34,873 nucleotides of DNA from Octopus bimaculoides (taxonomy: Eukaryota). The stretch lies in the NCBI RefSeq assembly GCF_001194135.2, contig NC_068999.1:30717919-30752791 (forward strand), given 5' to 3'. A program made the position numbers and the translations under genes. The notes beneath the pieces were generated by a model. It did not search any database, was not told where the DNA came from, and worked only from the letters and a program-made list of their open reading frames with translations. Shown here in pieces: positions 1 to 11,772 of this stretch; the stretch's first letter is position 1; each line of letters starts with the position of its first letter.

Positions 1-49
<49 letters not shown>
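1..49. repeat. (AT)n microsatellite
   Basis: Perfect AT dinucleotide run; adjoins the SINE at 50-240. Confidence 0.98.
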
Positions 50-50
<1 letters not shown>

Positions 51-240
51 GACAGGCTTCTTTTCAGTTTCTGACAACCAAATCCACTCACAAGGTTTTG
101 GTCGAGCTGAGGCTATAGTGTAAGGTGTAAGTGTAGTGTAAGGCTATAGTGTAAGCCCAAGGTGCCACACTGTGGGACTGAAACTGGAACCACGTGTTTG
201 GGAAGCAAGCTGTGCCTTCTTACCACAGAGTCATGCCTGC
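50..240 (-). mobile_element. tRNA-derived SINE (octopus-type), head and core
   Basis: Minus strand reads GCAGGCATGACTCTGTGGTAGAAG...GGTTCCAGTTTCAGTCCC...CACCTTGGGC. The same core (aaatccactcacaagg..ttggtc..gaggctatagt) recurs at about 2170-2260, 2821-2875 and 15790-15930. Confidence 0.85.
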
Positions 241-1150
241 ACCTTCTTACCACACAGCTACACCTGTGCCTGCAAATCTCTAGCAGCATGAGACCATTGC
301 TATTCATTTTCCCTACACCAAAATATCCTAGAGAGTTTCATGTTTGCCAGTCTGTTCCAGTCCTAGCATTGAAATCCCTCAGTAGAATGACTTTATCAGA
401 ATTGGGGATTTTCCTAAGTATGGCTCTCAGCTGGGCATAAAAAAAAGTTTTATCTTCATCACTAGTCAAAGTAGGTGCATAGGAACTTATTAAATCAGCA
501 AACCACCTACCTTTCAGGTGCAATTGTAGAGTCATTGGACGTGCATTTATAGGAAAAGGAAGCTCCTCCAACTTCTAAAGGATATCAGAGATTGAACTGG
601 AAAGCCAACACCAGCCTCTCTGTGCTCCTCCTTCTTCCTTCTCTTCCACCTCCTACTTCCTCAAGCTGACCATCACCTTCTGTATGAATCTCTGAAAGTG
701 CAGCTATATCAACGTTATAGCGGTTCAGCTCACGAGCAATAAGTGCAGTGTGTCTTTCAGGCCTACAATCTCTCTTGTTATCCAACAGAGTGCACACATT
801 CCAACATGAAATGTTCAAGTTCCATCCAGATTTTGTAAATAAAAGTATCTTTGTTTTTTGAGTGCAGGGTGGATATCTGTCAGTCACACCAAACTGACCA
901 GATATAGAAAGAAAGGCAATTTTTTGTTCACCTTTTCTAGAACTTCCCCGGCCTCTGAGTGAGCAGTGCCCTCTCCAAATGGAGCTGCTCAGACACCCAT
1001 GCAGCAACTGAATCCTACCGCTATCTTCGGTGACAAGGAGACAACTTTATATCTAGCACGAGCTGCCTATGTGCAGGTCGCTAACTACATGCTTCCAACC
1101 CATCAGGTTTGCATGCTTCATCACCTTCTCATCGCCGTAGGACTTCCAAA
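241..1150 (-). mobile_element. RTE-clade LINE, 5' part: putative 5' UTR plus decayed APE endonuclease
   Basis: ORFs 585-1007 and 338-571 give WNVCTLLD..ERHTALIARELNRYNVDIAALSE, YAPT and VILLRDFNAR, then GVGKMNSNGLMLLEIC; these are APE motifs of RTE/BovB-like LINEs. Frameshifted. The 5' UTR assignment (about 850-1150) is inference. Confidence 0.85.
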
Positions 1151-1903
1151 TAAAAATAAAATAAATATATACTAAAAATAACGATACATATATACTGAAA
1201 ATAAAATAAATATATATAGGAAAGAAAAATCAGCACATATTAAGCAGAGGTCAGCAATGCCTGTGCAGAGTTTTAGGTCCAATAAGGCTTGCACAACACC
1301 TCATAGACCCTCTCCACTTTATTGACATTATCCAGAGACAAGCCAAAGCAAGATGTCTGGTGCCAATATAAGTCGCAGGCTCAGGGATGTGGGAGCGCCG
1401 TGATCTCTAGCACAAACCAAAGATCCCCAAAATGTCCAATGCCATTCCCTGCATATCTGCTTTTATATCAGAGTGACCTTCGTCTAGAGACATGCTTTAA
1501 CAGAAGCTGAGGAGTGCCTCACTCCCAGTCGTCTTTCAGCACACTGGACACCATCCTGGAATTTCTGCGTACCTGTGATATTGCTAGATAGCCGTTGAGA
1601 CTGCACTAGGTCCATCCGAGCTTTCAGCAGGTCTTGTTTTTAATCCTGCTGAATTTCTAGCAACCCTCCTCACCACTGTAGCCAACTTTGACCCTCCATA
1701 AATCATAAATTTTATTTTAGAATTTATGGGAGCAACTGTTTTTGAAGACTCATATTGTCATTTGAATGCACAAAATGAGGAGTAGATAGATAGCCAACAA
1801 CTGATGAAGGGTCCTTTCTCTGTGTTTACTTGACTTGTTTTCCATTTTTTTCCTTTTGTTGTTTACACAGTTGGTGATGTCCTGTATCCATATACGCATA
1901 TGC

Positions 1904-1938
<35 letters not shown>

Positions 1939-1969
1939 TATTATTTATATTATTATATACATATATATT

Positions 1970-2262
1970 CTTTTATTTGTTTCAGTCATTTGACTGTGGC
2001 CATGCTGGAGCACTGCCTTTTAGTCAAACAAATTGACACCAGGACTTATTCTTTGTAAGCCTAGTACTTATTCTATCGGTCTCACGGGGACTTAAACACA
2101 CCAACATCAGTTATCAAGCGATGGTAGGGGTACAAACACAGACACACAAATACACACACATATATATACGATGGGCTTCTTTTTAGTTCCTGTCTATCAA
2201 ACTCACTTACAAGGCTTTGGTTGACTCGAGGCTATAGTAGAAGACACTTGCCCAAGGTGCCA
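1970..2262 (-). mobile_element. tRNA-derived SINE, core plus 3' tail; head lost at microsatellite
   Basis: cttgtttcagtcatt.gactg.ggc.atgct tail shared with 15586-15930 and 24261-24560; core shared with 50-240. Confidence 0.85.
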
Positions 2263-2324
2263 ATATATGTGCACATATGTATACACACATATGCATAGAT
2301 ATATATACACGTATATAAATATGT

Positions 2325-2357
<33 letters not shown>

Positions 2358-2405
2358 TACACACACATATATACACCCACACAGACATATACACACACAT
2401 ATACA
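2263..2405. repeat. Mixed (TA)/(CA) microsatellite
   Basis: Compound atat/acac runs; explains the spurious VCVCVY-type ORFs at 2203-2453. Confidence 0.95.
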
Positions 2406-2820
2406 AATGAAAAATGCATTAAATACTACAAAACATACATGTGGGACAGACACAAGGATCTTAACCTTCCTCAGTTATTGACCAAAAATACTGATACCCA
2501 GTTTTGTGCCTTTAACGATAAGACTGAGAATTTGTATATTGGTGGCACCCACAAGATTTGCGTAGAATTAGGGCTCAAGCAAACAAATAAAACAGAGTGG
2601 ACATACAAAAGTAAACAAATGTAATTTGAAACGATAGACGAAAAAGGAAACAGAATTAGTAAGAGAGGAGAAAAAGTTGACCAGCATGCTAGGTATCCAG
2701 TACTGAAAAAGCAGAAAATAGAAAATCAGTCATGTGTAGGCAGCAGATAGAAAGGAAGGAGGATGAGAGAGAGGAAGAAAGAGAGCAGCAGATATATACA
2801 CACACACACACACACACACA

Positions 2821-3020
2821 ACAGGCTTCTTTCTGCCTACCTAATCCACTCACAAGCCTTCTACTATAGCCTCAGGTTGACCAGTGTTAGTGTTTACATC
2901 TCTGTAACTTAGCTTTTCGGCTTAAAAAGTGTGTACTGGGGTTGATTCATAAATGCAGTGGGATTGAACCTGGAATCATGTGGTTGGGAAGCAAACTTCT
3001 TACCACAAGGCCATGCCTGC
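2821..3020 (-). mobile_element. Rearranged SINE copy
   Basis: Core (2821-2877) and tRNA head (2955-3020) on minus, with a tail piece (gtgtttacatctctgtaacttagc) in the opposite orientation between them. Confidence 0.7.
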
Positions 3021-3767
3021 AAACACACACACACACACAGCATACAATATATTACAGCTATCTGTCTTTCTATCAAAATAATATTATACAGTCATATTCA
3101 TTCGAGTAAACACTGGATGCTCATTTTTTATATAAATTTTTATAAATCCCAAGTACATAAAAAAAAAAAGTAATTTATCTCTAAATATTTGAAAGTTGTC
3201 AAAATCATCAAAAATGGAATTTGTTAATTTGTTTGACTGAAAAAGTTAGAAAACAATTCTTTTCTCCACTATGAAGCACTGATGCAACTCAGATGTAATA
3301 AATGTATTTGTATTAATACAACCATTAAAAAGAAATATCCCTCCATAGTGATGTTGTTTCCTTTCCTGTTAAATATCAAATGGCTTGCATGTAGTTTACA
3401 CTCTCTTTACCTTCCTTTATGTGTCAATATTTCTCACAACACATCATTTGCTTGTTCTCATGTCACTAAATAGCAAATTGACCTACAAGTGATGACTGAG
3501 TTACCATAAATAATGACTGGCAGGCCTTGATTTCAAATATGCAAAAAAGCACTAAAAATAAAATATTTTAATCTATCACACCAAAATCCTTTGTCAAACT
3601 CACCATGCAATTTACATGGTAATCACAAAAGTTTATTTAATATTCTATTTGATATTTAATATCCAAAAGAATACATTGTTACTTTTTCTTTCATTGTAAT
3701 AGTTAACAAATGAAATATCATTAATTTACCAATATTATCTTTTAGTAAGGTAGCAAGTTGGTAGAAA

Positions 3768-3955
3768 TGTTAGCATGCCGGGCGAAATGCTTAGCGGTAT
3801 TTCATCTGTCTTTACATTCTGAGTTCAAATTCCGCTGAGGTCAACTTTGCCTTTCATTCTTGTCGATAAATTAAGTACCAATTGCGTACTGGGTTGATCT
3901 AATCGACTGGCCCACTCCCACAAAATTTTGGGCCTTGAGTAGACAAGAATATTAT
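3768..3955 (+). mobile_element. tRNA-derived SINE, second family (central domain recalls MetaSINE)
   Basis: A-box-like GGTAGCAAGTTGG, B-box GAGTTCAAATTCC, central GTCAACTTTGCCTTTCAT..GTCGATAAATTAAGTACCA; further copies at 22661, 22830 and 28688. Superfamily name from recall only. Confidence 0.8.
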
Positions 3956-4129
3956 CTTTTAGTGTATCCTCTTTCAATTCACAGAAAACACAGATACACA
4001 AACACATATGCATTTACAGCCACACCAAAACACTGCCACTTTTATTTGTTTCTTAAATATCTTTTGAACTTTCAAAATATTAGCCCAAATGATTGAAATG
4101 AGTGTTGTAGAAGAACTTTTGAAAACTAT

Positions 4130-4139
4130 NNNNNNNNNN
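4130..4139. other. Assembly gap (10 N)
   Basis: Run of n characters. Confidence 1.
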
Positions 4140-4329
4140 CTGAAGGGCGACAATGTATTATAAATTAATGCAAGCCAATGCCAAAAATGATCTAACTTGC
4201 TAAGTTTCAACAAGAAATCTATTAGACATTTTCCTTTCATATAAATTATTATTTGAAAGGAAAATATGGTTAATTGAAAATGTTAAACTAAATAAGTGGC
4301 ATTGTTAGCCATGCTTATTATTTAGTCTA

Positions 4330-4985
4330 GAAAAAAAACTGTTTGGCTTGAATAAAGTTATGATGATATAAATAATCTACATATGGATATACAAAAATAT
4401 TCCCATTCTCAAAGACATGAAATTTTTGATTGGTTTTAAAACAATTGGAAATATTTTCATAGACTCACAATGAGATGCACATAAAAGACAGAACTAATCT
4501 GTGAAGATTGATTGATGGAGTTACTGCTTTAGGTCTCCAGGAATTATCATTCCATGGTCATTTTGAATCCAAAACATTCACTATTTATAAAATTATAAAG
4601 AACTTTTTTTATTTGTAAGTATGATGACAAATTGGCAAGTCATCTAGCTACAACAGTTTGTTAGGTCTCTCAAATAGAATTCAAAATGACTTGATCGATA
4701 CAATTCAAAAGGTAATGTTGAGTGAAATAGAAAATGGACTTAAGTCAGCTACATTTGTTGCTATTCCTGTAGATGAAATATCTGATGTATCAAAAGTATT
4801 CACAGTTGTTATCTGTTTTGTATTATATTACAAAAGATTGTGTTGCTAAAGAACAATTTATCAGTTTTAGTGATGTTAGTGCAGACTGTTTAGCAAATGT
4901 TTTATCTGTAGATGTTTTAAATGCACTGAAATATGGAAATGTGAAAATAAATTAATTGCACTATCCTATGAATGACAATTAAAGG
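4330..4985 (+). mobile_element. hAT-superfamily transposase relic (ZMYM1/DUF4371-like)
   Basis: Frameshifted LSNRIQNDLIDTIQKVMLSEI..FVAIPVDEISDVSK / SQLLSVLYY..EQFISF..LIALSY; matches the pattern around the first catalytic Asp (DE..D.S..QL) of hAT transposases. Confidence 0.8.
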
Positions 4986-5039
4986 GGTTGTAGTTAAAGG
5001 TGTTACATTTAGTTTTTTCACAAGCATGCTCTGCTCAAT

Positions 5040-5520
5040 ATATACATATGTCTGTCATTATGCATGTCCTTTCTTTACCACACTTCACATCATCTTGCTA
5101 TTTCTCATCTATTTACAGTTTTATTCTGCTTATACCCTCCACCACTCACTTTTATGTATTGTCCTCCCCCATCTCTTCACCTCCCTGCCTTTATGCATGC
5201 CACCAATTACCTATTCTTATTTTCCTTTACCTTCCTGGCCAAACTGTATTTCAAAATAGATCGCATCTCTACCTACAATCACCATTCACTACATTTACCT
5301 CTATCCCCATCTCTAACCATCTCTCATTTCTCTTTCACATTCTTGTAACTCTATCCACCCAGCCATCCTCAATTCTCTGTTTCTATTCTCTCTTTATCCA
5401 TCTTCTTTTACCATGAAAAAATACCTTCTTGCCCTGACATTTTATTTTCACTATCCTTTCAACTTTTCCTGCTGGAGTAGCCATGTATCCCCTCTACAGC
5501 AAGATACCTGTTCCTGTCCT
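5040..5520. repeat. Pyrimidine-rich low-complexity tract
   Basis: C/T-rich imperfect repeats; a complementary purine-rich tract lies at about 14915-15060. Confidence 0.7.
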
Positions 5521-5609
5521 TCTATCGTAGCCTTTCAATGCCTAGCATAAAGCTAGGTGCGTTACTGCACTTCCACTTCCACTTTGTCAAGAGGATCTTC
5601 TCTTGCAAA

Positions 5610-5943
5610 TTATTTGGTGAACTCACTGGTACCAGTGCCACAAAAAAAGCACCAAGTTCACTCTGTAAAATGGTTGGCATTAGGAAGGACATCTTACCAT
5701 AGAAATAATACCACATAAAAAGTACTGGTGATGGTGCCATGTAAAAAGCACTGGTGATGGTGGCCATATAAAAAGCACTCAGTATACTCTGTAAAATGAT
5801 TGGTATTAAGAAAGGCAACCAGCTGTAGAAACCAAGCCAAAACAGACTATGAAACCTGGTACAACCCTTGGCCTTGCCAGTTCATCAAGCCGTCCAGCCC
5901 ATGCTAACATGGAAAATGGCATTAATGGTTATGATGATGATGA
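5610..5943 (+). mobile_element. RTE-type 3' tail fragment ending in (GAT)n
   Basis: Tandem aaaagcactgg..gtgcca units, then gtagaaacc..ccatgctaacatggaaaa..gatgatgatgat; homologous to the 3' ends of RTE copies at 25627 and 30427. Confidence 0.75.
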
Positions 5944-6633
5944 TCCTAAGTATGTTCACAATTGTCAGAGGTCACCCAAGCTGATTACAAATAAAAATCA
6001 ACTTCAATTAATAATCAATGGTGTTTAGTAGTTCACAGAAAAGCTAGACAAAGGATATTTTGTTTGATTAAACCCAGTAAAATGTAAACAAAGCTATATT
6101 ACATGCCAACAAACCTGAAAGCAAGTCATAAAACCATATATAACAGAATTGTTTTCAAATTGCTTTATTTTTGCATGTTTATTTTTTTGACCAAGTAACT
6201 GTAGACATTAACAAATGCTAGTTGTACAACCAGAAAATAAATCATTGATTTATTTCATATTTTCTCGATTTAATAAAATCCAATCTCTCATGAGAAACGA
6301 TATCATAAATACACTCAACAACTCCCTACAAACTTTATTTCTACATACACCAACAACAGTTTGCAATTCACAAAATCATTTTCTAAACAAATTCAAAAAC
6401 AGCTCCAACAAAGAAAAACTATAAAGGGTTGTTAGAAAAGCACATTGTCTCAATTTCACTATAAAGACTAATGATAAATACAACTAAATACAAAACATTG
6501 AAAATACAATCAAACCAAGATAAAAGATAAAATACATTAAAAACTAAACACACACACACTGTAAATATAACCAGCATTATTATTTACATTTTTTACATTT
6601 GATGGATATTTGTTCTCATCTTGTTTGTTGTTA

Positions 6634-6677
6634 ACACAACATTTTGGCTGATATACCCACCAGCCTTCATCAGGTGT
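6634..6677 (-). ncRNA. Degenerate minimal type I hammerhead ribozyme
   Basis: Minus: ACAC-CTGATGA-A-GGCTG(gtgggtatat)CAGCC-AAA-ATGT-T-GTGT; stems I and II pair, core GAA changed to AAA. Confidence 0.7.
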
Positions 6678-6725
6678 CTTGGAGAAATTTCAAACCTAGG
6701 TTCTCATTCCTAAGGTATTTTTCGA

Positions 6726-6753
<28 letters not shown>

Positions 6754-6757
<4 letters not shown>

Positions 6758-6827
6758 TCACTGCCTGGAATCAAACTCGGAGTCTTGGGGTTAATAGTCC
6801 ACGCTTTTAACCACTATGCCATATGCC
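6754..6827 (-). promoter_or_regulatory. tRNA-like Pol III module (A and B box) inside the PLE 3' region
   Basis: Minus: GGCATATGGCATAGTGGTTAAAAGCGTGGACTATTAACCCCAAGACTCCGAGTTTGATTCCAGGCAGTGACCTG; A-box TGGCATAGTGG, B-box GAGTTTGATTCC, tRNA-like spacing. Confidence 0.7.
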
Positions 6828-7324
6828 TTTGGGCAATTATGGAGTGAATTTTAGGGCTTATAAATCTAATATTCTTCTATCCTTCCTTAATACCAGTTCC
6901 CATATGCTATTCATATCTGCATTCAGTTTGCTTAGGAGGTTGTTGTGTCCTAGCATATGTGCTGCTTCTTTTAGTTTTCATATTTTCCATGGTGTTCTCT
7001 CTTTCTAGTATTTTAACTTCATCCCACAGGGGGAGGTGGTCTCCATTTTCCATACATGATCAGCTGTACCTGATTTATCAATATCTCCCCATGTCACAGC
7101 TTTGCAATGTTCATCTACCTTTATTTTAAGGAGGCCACATGTTTCGCCTTTGTATAACCTAGCACAGCTGCATAGGATGGAGTACATGCAGTTTTTGGTC
7201 ATATTCTCTTCTACTGGTGGTTTTAATCAGAGATATTTGCAAAGTGTTGTATTACTCTTGAATACTGTCTTGATGTCATATGGGCCACATATCTTTTGTA
7301 TCTTTTTGGAGAAGCCTTTCACAT

Positions 7325-7682
7325 AGGGTAGATGAACATTGCAGAGCTGTGACACGAGGAGATATTGATAAATCGGGTATAGCTGATCATGTGTAGAAAA
7401 ATGGAGACCACCTCCCCCTGTGGGATGAAATTAAAATAATAGACAGAGAACACCACTGGAAAATATGAAAACTAAATGAAGCAGCACATATAGTAATAAT
7501 AATAATAATAACAAAATAAAAAATTACCTTAGGAATGAGAACCCAGGTTTGAAATTTCCCCAAGACACCTGATGAAGGCTGGAGGGTATATCAGCCAAAA
7601 CATGTTAACAACAGACAAGTTGAGGACAAATATCCGTCAAATGTAGATAATGTACATAATTCCTCATCTCTTAAATATAGAG
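7325..7682 (+). mobile_element. Inverted duplicate of the PLE 3' end, internally deleted
   Basis: Reverse complement of about 6590-7120, lacking the block that contains the tRNA-like module. Confidence 0.9.
7565..7606 (+). ncRNA. Degenerate hammerhead ribozyme in the inverted arm
   Basis: ACAC-CTGATGA-A-GGCTG(gagggtatat)CAGCC-AAA-ACATGTT; small deletion in the stem I 3' strand. Confidence 0.6.
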
Positions 7683-7740
7683 ACCGCATTATTATTATTC
7701 CAAACTAATATTTCATTAATTTTTCTCCCCCACTTCTCCA

Positions 7741-7792
7741 AACTGTAAAATAAAGATAAGCAACAAAACTGTAAAATAAAGATAAGCAACAA
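7741..7792. repeat. Perfect 26-bp tandem duplication
   Basis: aactgtaaaataaagataagcaacaa twice. Confidence 0.95.
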
Positions 7793-8494
7793 AACACAAA
7801 CAGCTCTGAGGAATTATTTAATGCCACAGATGCTCTGTTAAATAAAGTGCAGTTTCAAATCACTCTACCATTCCAACCACCCCCAAATCTCAAATATTTA
7901 AATTTTAACACAATCTTATTCTGATGCATTTCTAAGTGGTCACTCAAACTACTAGATATAAGAACCAAATCTTTTACAAATCACATTCTATAATTTTTAA
8001 GAACTTATTTTATAATGTAGGTTTAGACGCTATATCTAAGCATCAAAACAGTAACAACAAATGTATCCTCTTTGTACAATTTCATTTCAGTGAGAAAACA
8101 AAATAAACACCCTGTAGTGGACTTTATTAGGCATAGAGTAGATGTGAACCTGAATCGACAAATTTCCCATGATATTTCAACAGCGCTTTTCTCACAGAAA
8201 AAACATTAAGTTGACAGCAATAGAATGAATACATGGCTTTTGCTAAGATAAATTATGTCCTTACCACTTGACCCTTCTAACCTCTTCTAGGCCATGAAAA
8301 GTTAGAATTGAGATAACAGGTACCCCCAACAAAATCTATTGTTCTCAACAATATGTGTCTCCTAACTAGTTTTCGAAGGTTATAAATAGAATTTGATAAG
8401 GCAAAATCAATTAGTGAGAGCAACAGTTAGTGACAACTGAGTCTAGCTGACTGTCTGAATGACAACTATGGAATTAACCAAAGTAGTTGAGACT

Positions 8495-8862
8495 GAGACC
8501 ATTTGTAATATGCTGTGCTGAGAAGACTTGTTAAGTCAAGTGTAACTGCAATCATGGTTGTTGCTGGTTCAGCCAAGTGAAATCGTAGTCATGGCCATTG
8601 CCGATGTCATGTAAATAGCACCTGTGAAATCACAGTCATGGCTGTTGCCAGCGTCACGTAAATGGTACCCCTACCAGTGACATATAAAAGACCCCACTAC
8701 ACTTTTGGAGTGGTTGGCATTAGGAAGGGCATCTAGCCATAGAAACCAGGCCAAATCAGACTGGAACCTAGTGCAGCTCTCTGGCTTACTAATTCCAGTC
8801 AAACTATTTAACCCATGCCAGCATGGAAAGTGGATGTTAAATGATGATGATGATTATGATGA
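8495..8862 (+). mobile_element. RTE-type 3' tail fragment ending in (GAT)n
   Basis: gagaagac..ttgagt-like start, tandem gtcatggc..ttgcc units, ttggcattaggaagggcatctagc, acccatgccagcatggaaag, gatgatgat. Confidence 0.8.
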
Positions 8863-9317
8863 TCACATGAAGTAGTATTAGTATCTAAAGAAAATTCTTA
8901 TAAAATGCTGGATTGGAAACTAATAACTGGAACCAGGCAAAGAATTAAAGAATAAAAAGGAAGAAGTAAACTTCTAAGCAACTGAAAATATTCCACTGCA
9001 GATGTTGTTGGTGTCACTATAGACAATTATTTTGTTATAGTCAATGCTGCTAGACAGACAGGAGATAGACCGATAGATAGACAAATAGACAGCTAGACAA
9101 GGAGTAGTAATAATTATAGTAGGTGTTGAGTTAGTAGTAGTAGTTGTTATTGTGGTGGTAATAGTACATAGCAGGAGCAGTAGTAATAACAATGTTGTTT
9201 GTGATTGTGACAAAATAATGCTAACACCAATTAACATTTTAACAAATGAACTTTTATGGAGTTTAATGGAGTTTGGTTCAGTGAACTAAACATTGATCAT
9301 ATTATATTTTGAATTGG

Positions 9318-9320
<3 letters not shown>

Positions 9321-9374
<54 letters not shown>

Positions 9375-9394
9375 GCACACACACACACACACAC
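9321..9394. repeat. (CT)n plus (CA)n microsatellite
   Basis: Direct reading. Confidence 0.95.
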
Positions 9395-9669
9395 AACCAA
9401 TCAGTCATCCATCCATTCACCCACACACATATACATGATATGATGCTGATGATAACTATGAAAATGCAGTAAGTTTTGCTGGTCACTGCTTTATATCACC
9501 ACAAGACCTTATGATATGTTATAATGTGGAAACTTTGATGTTAATGGAAAGACTTACACACAGTATGGATTTTTGATTCTGCATTTGGAAATGCATCTCA
9601 GTCGTTTGAAGAAGATACATATATGTATATATGTATACACCCCCACTCCCACAAGTATATATATATAAA

Positions 9670-9980
9670 ACTGGCACTCCGGTTACAACGATGAGGGTTC
9701 TAGTTGATCTGATCAACGGAGCAGCTTGCTCGTGAAATTAACATGCAAGTGGCAGAGCACTCTGCAGACATGCACACGCTTAATGTAGTTCACTGGGAAA
9801 TTCAGCGTGACACTGAATGTAACAAGGCTGGCCCTTTGAAATACAGGTATTGCTTGTTTTTGCCAGCTGAGTGGACTGGAGCAACGTGAAATAGTTTCTT
9901 GCTCAAGGACACAATGTATCACCTGGAATTGAACGCACAATCTTACAATCATGAGTTGAATACCCTTGCCACTAAGCCAC
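9670..9980 (-). mobile_element. tRNA-derived SINE, third family
   Basis: Minus: GTGGCTTAGTGG (A box)...GCGTTCAATTCC (B box), then GTGTCCTTGAGCAAG..CCAGTCCACTCAGCTG core. Confidence 0.8.
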
Positions 9981-10317
9981 AAATGGACTGAGATTCCTTA
10001 CAGCTGTTTCAGATGTGTTCTTTATTGATGAACAAAACCATTACACCATGTAAAAGAAACATTTTCTTTGGGTGAATTAGGATTTTTCAAACAAATAGTA
10101 TGTGATTCATATTGACCCGCCCATCTTGGTTATAGCTGATTGAGAGATGAGAGTGTCAATATGCATTTATATATAATTTGTGTGAAAATTCCTAAATGTT
10201 AAATTTTACTCTTAATTCACCTGAAGAAACAGTTTTTTTTTTTACATGATGCAATGATTTTGTTCATCAATAAAGAATACATCTGAAACAACTGTAGTGA
10301 ATCTCAGTCCATCTGTG
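9978..10317. mobile_element. MITE with about 100-bp imperfect terminal inverted repeats
   Basis: Left atggactgagattccttacagctgtttcagatgtgttctttattgatgaacaaaac..gtgaatta matches the reverse complement of about 10213-10312. Confidence 0.85.
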
Positions 10318-10595
10318 TTATCGTTTATAGTTCACCACACTAAGAAACTTCCCTGCATTGGATCTTGAGTCTATAGTAGACTATGGAATACGTACCAGAG
10401 TGTACTCCTGTGTTACATAAATGGAAGGACAAATCTGTATTTACTTTAGTAAGTATGTGAGTGTTTGTACACACTTGTTGCACAGGTGCACTATGCCCAA
10501 CTCTACCTTGGTACCTTTGTTATTTAAATACCTTGTTTCTATTGGTTCCTGAAAATTTTATTATATACATACATAAATGTATATATATATATATA

Positions 10596-10962
10596 GACTG
10601 GTTGCAGGAATTTAAAAGAGAAATGGAAGCTATAGTGGCTCAAGAGAATAACAATTTATAGATAAGAAAGTAAAAGAAATGATAAAGAAAATACTAAACT
10701 GGAAAGCCCTCAGACCACAGATGGTATCCAGAGTTTTCTGGTTCAAAAACCTTCCAAATATACATGGCTGTATACAACTGACTGTATAGAAAATGGAACA
10801 TCAACATGGATGGCAAAAGAAAGGACAGTGTTGATACAGAAGGACAAAGAAAAAAGTGGAGAAGTCAGCAATTATAGACCTATTACTTGTTTACCATTGC
10901 TTTTGAAATTATTAACTGACCTCATAGCGGATGAAGTACATAATTTTCTGGAAAAGAAGAAT
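10596..10962 (+). mobile_element. R4/Dong-like (RLE-type) non-LTR retrotransposon, RT N-terminal fragment
   Basis: Across frameshifts: NWKA..DG..FWFK..TWMAKERTVLIQKDKEK..SNYRPITCLPLLLKLLT..IADEVHNFLE. Confidence 0.8.
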
Positions 10963-11772
10963 CATCCCTGTAGTGGCTACTGAGAACACCAGATGCATTT
11001 CTGTCTTGCTAGACTTTGTTAGTGTCATGTACACACAGTCAGTCAAATGATTAGATGAGATGTATCACCACTGATATATAGAAAAACAATAAATAAACAT
11101 TTACTGGTCTTGTGTATAGATGCTTGGCTGAATAAAAATCCATTATATGCAATAGAAGCAGTATTAGATTAGAATAGCCATCTTACTTGATGTAAATACA
11201 TTATTGAAAGGCAAATTTACAGTGGTATCCAAGCAGACATAACATCTCTTATGAATGTGCTTTATTTCAAAATACAGTATATGCCTTTTAAAGATGTATT
11301 TACATCAAATACAATACACAGTGTCACAAGGTTACAGAGGAGCTTTCTCACAGGGGATTCAGTTTTATTCACGAAAAGTTGTTTGGATTATTCTCACACT
11401 TCTTTCTTTCCACTTGCCAACTCATTCATGACTATATTGTTAGACTTGCAATGGTCTTGGAGGAATTGGTCAGGCAGCTGGTATACAATTTGTACATAAT
11501 GCTAAGGCAGATTATGGGCTTATAATTCTATGTATGTACATATATGTAGGTATATATGTTGTATCTATTTATGTGTCTCTGTATGAATGTATGTGTACAC
11601 ACACACATACACTCACATATATATAATGAAATTGTTATGTGGATCCTTGTCCACTTGTATTTTGTCATCAGCACTGCAATATTCTTGTTGCCACTGTTAT
11701 GCTGTGGCGGTATTCTTATTATCTTTGACTTGTCTATCATGCTACCGCTGATAGCTCCACAAGGCAACAACT

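Larger units (their letters stand above)
6575..7332 (-). mobile_element. Penelope-like element, 5'-truncated (GIY-YIG end plus 3' terminal region)
   Basis: ORF 7005-7202 NCMYSILCSCARLYKGETCGLLKIKVDEH is GIY-YIG-like; colinear with the longer RT-bearing copy at 13535-14915. Confidence 0.9.

Noticed and set aside
1165-1240. Resemblance to U6 snRNA (atatactaaaa..aacgataca; cagcacatat)
   Set aside because: Short, AT-rich, pieces out of order, and the rest of U6 is absent
1240-1700. GC-richer segment that may be decayed non-LTR coding sequence
   Set aside because: No convincing ordered motifs in any frame; the family cannot be assigned
2203-2453. ORFs made of VC/HT/RE/LLL/III/YYY repeats, here and at 9286, 15789, 22966, 23250 and 24379
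   Set aside because: Translations of microsatellites
6754-6827. Genuine tRNA gene (also 13735-13808 and the SINE heads)
   Set aside because: The acceptor stem does not pair and the segments are embedded in mobile elements
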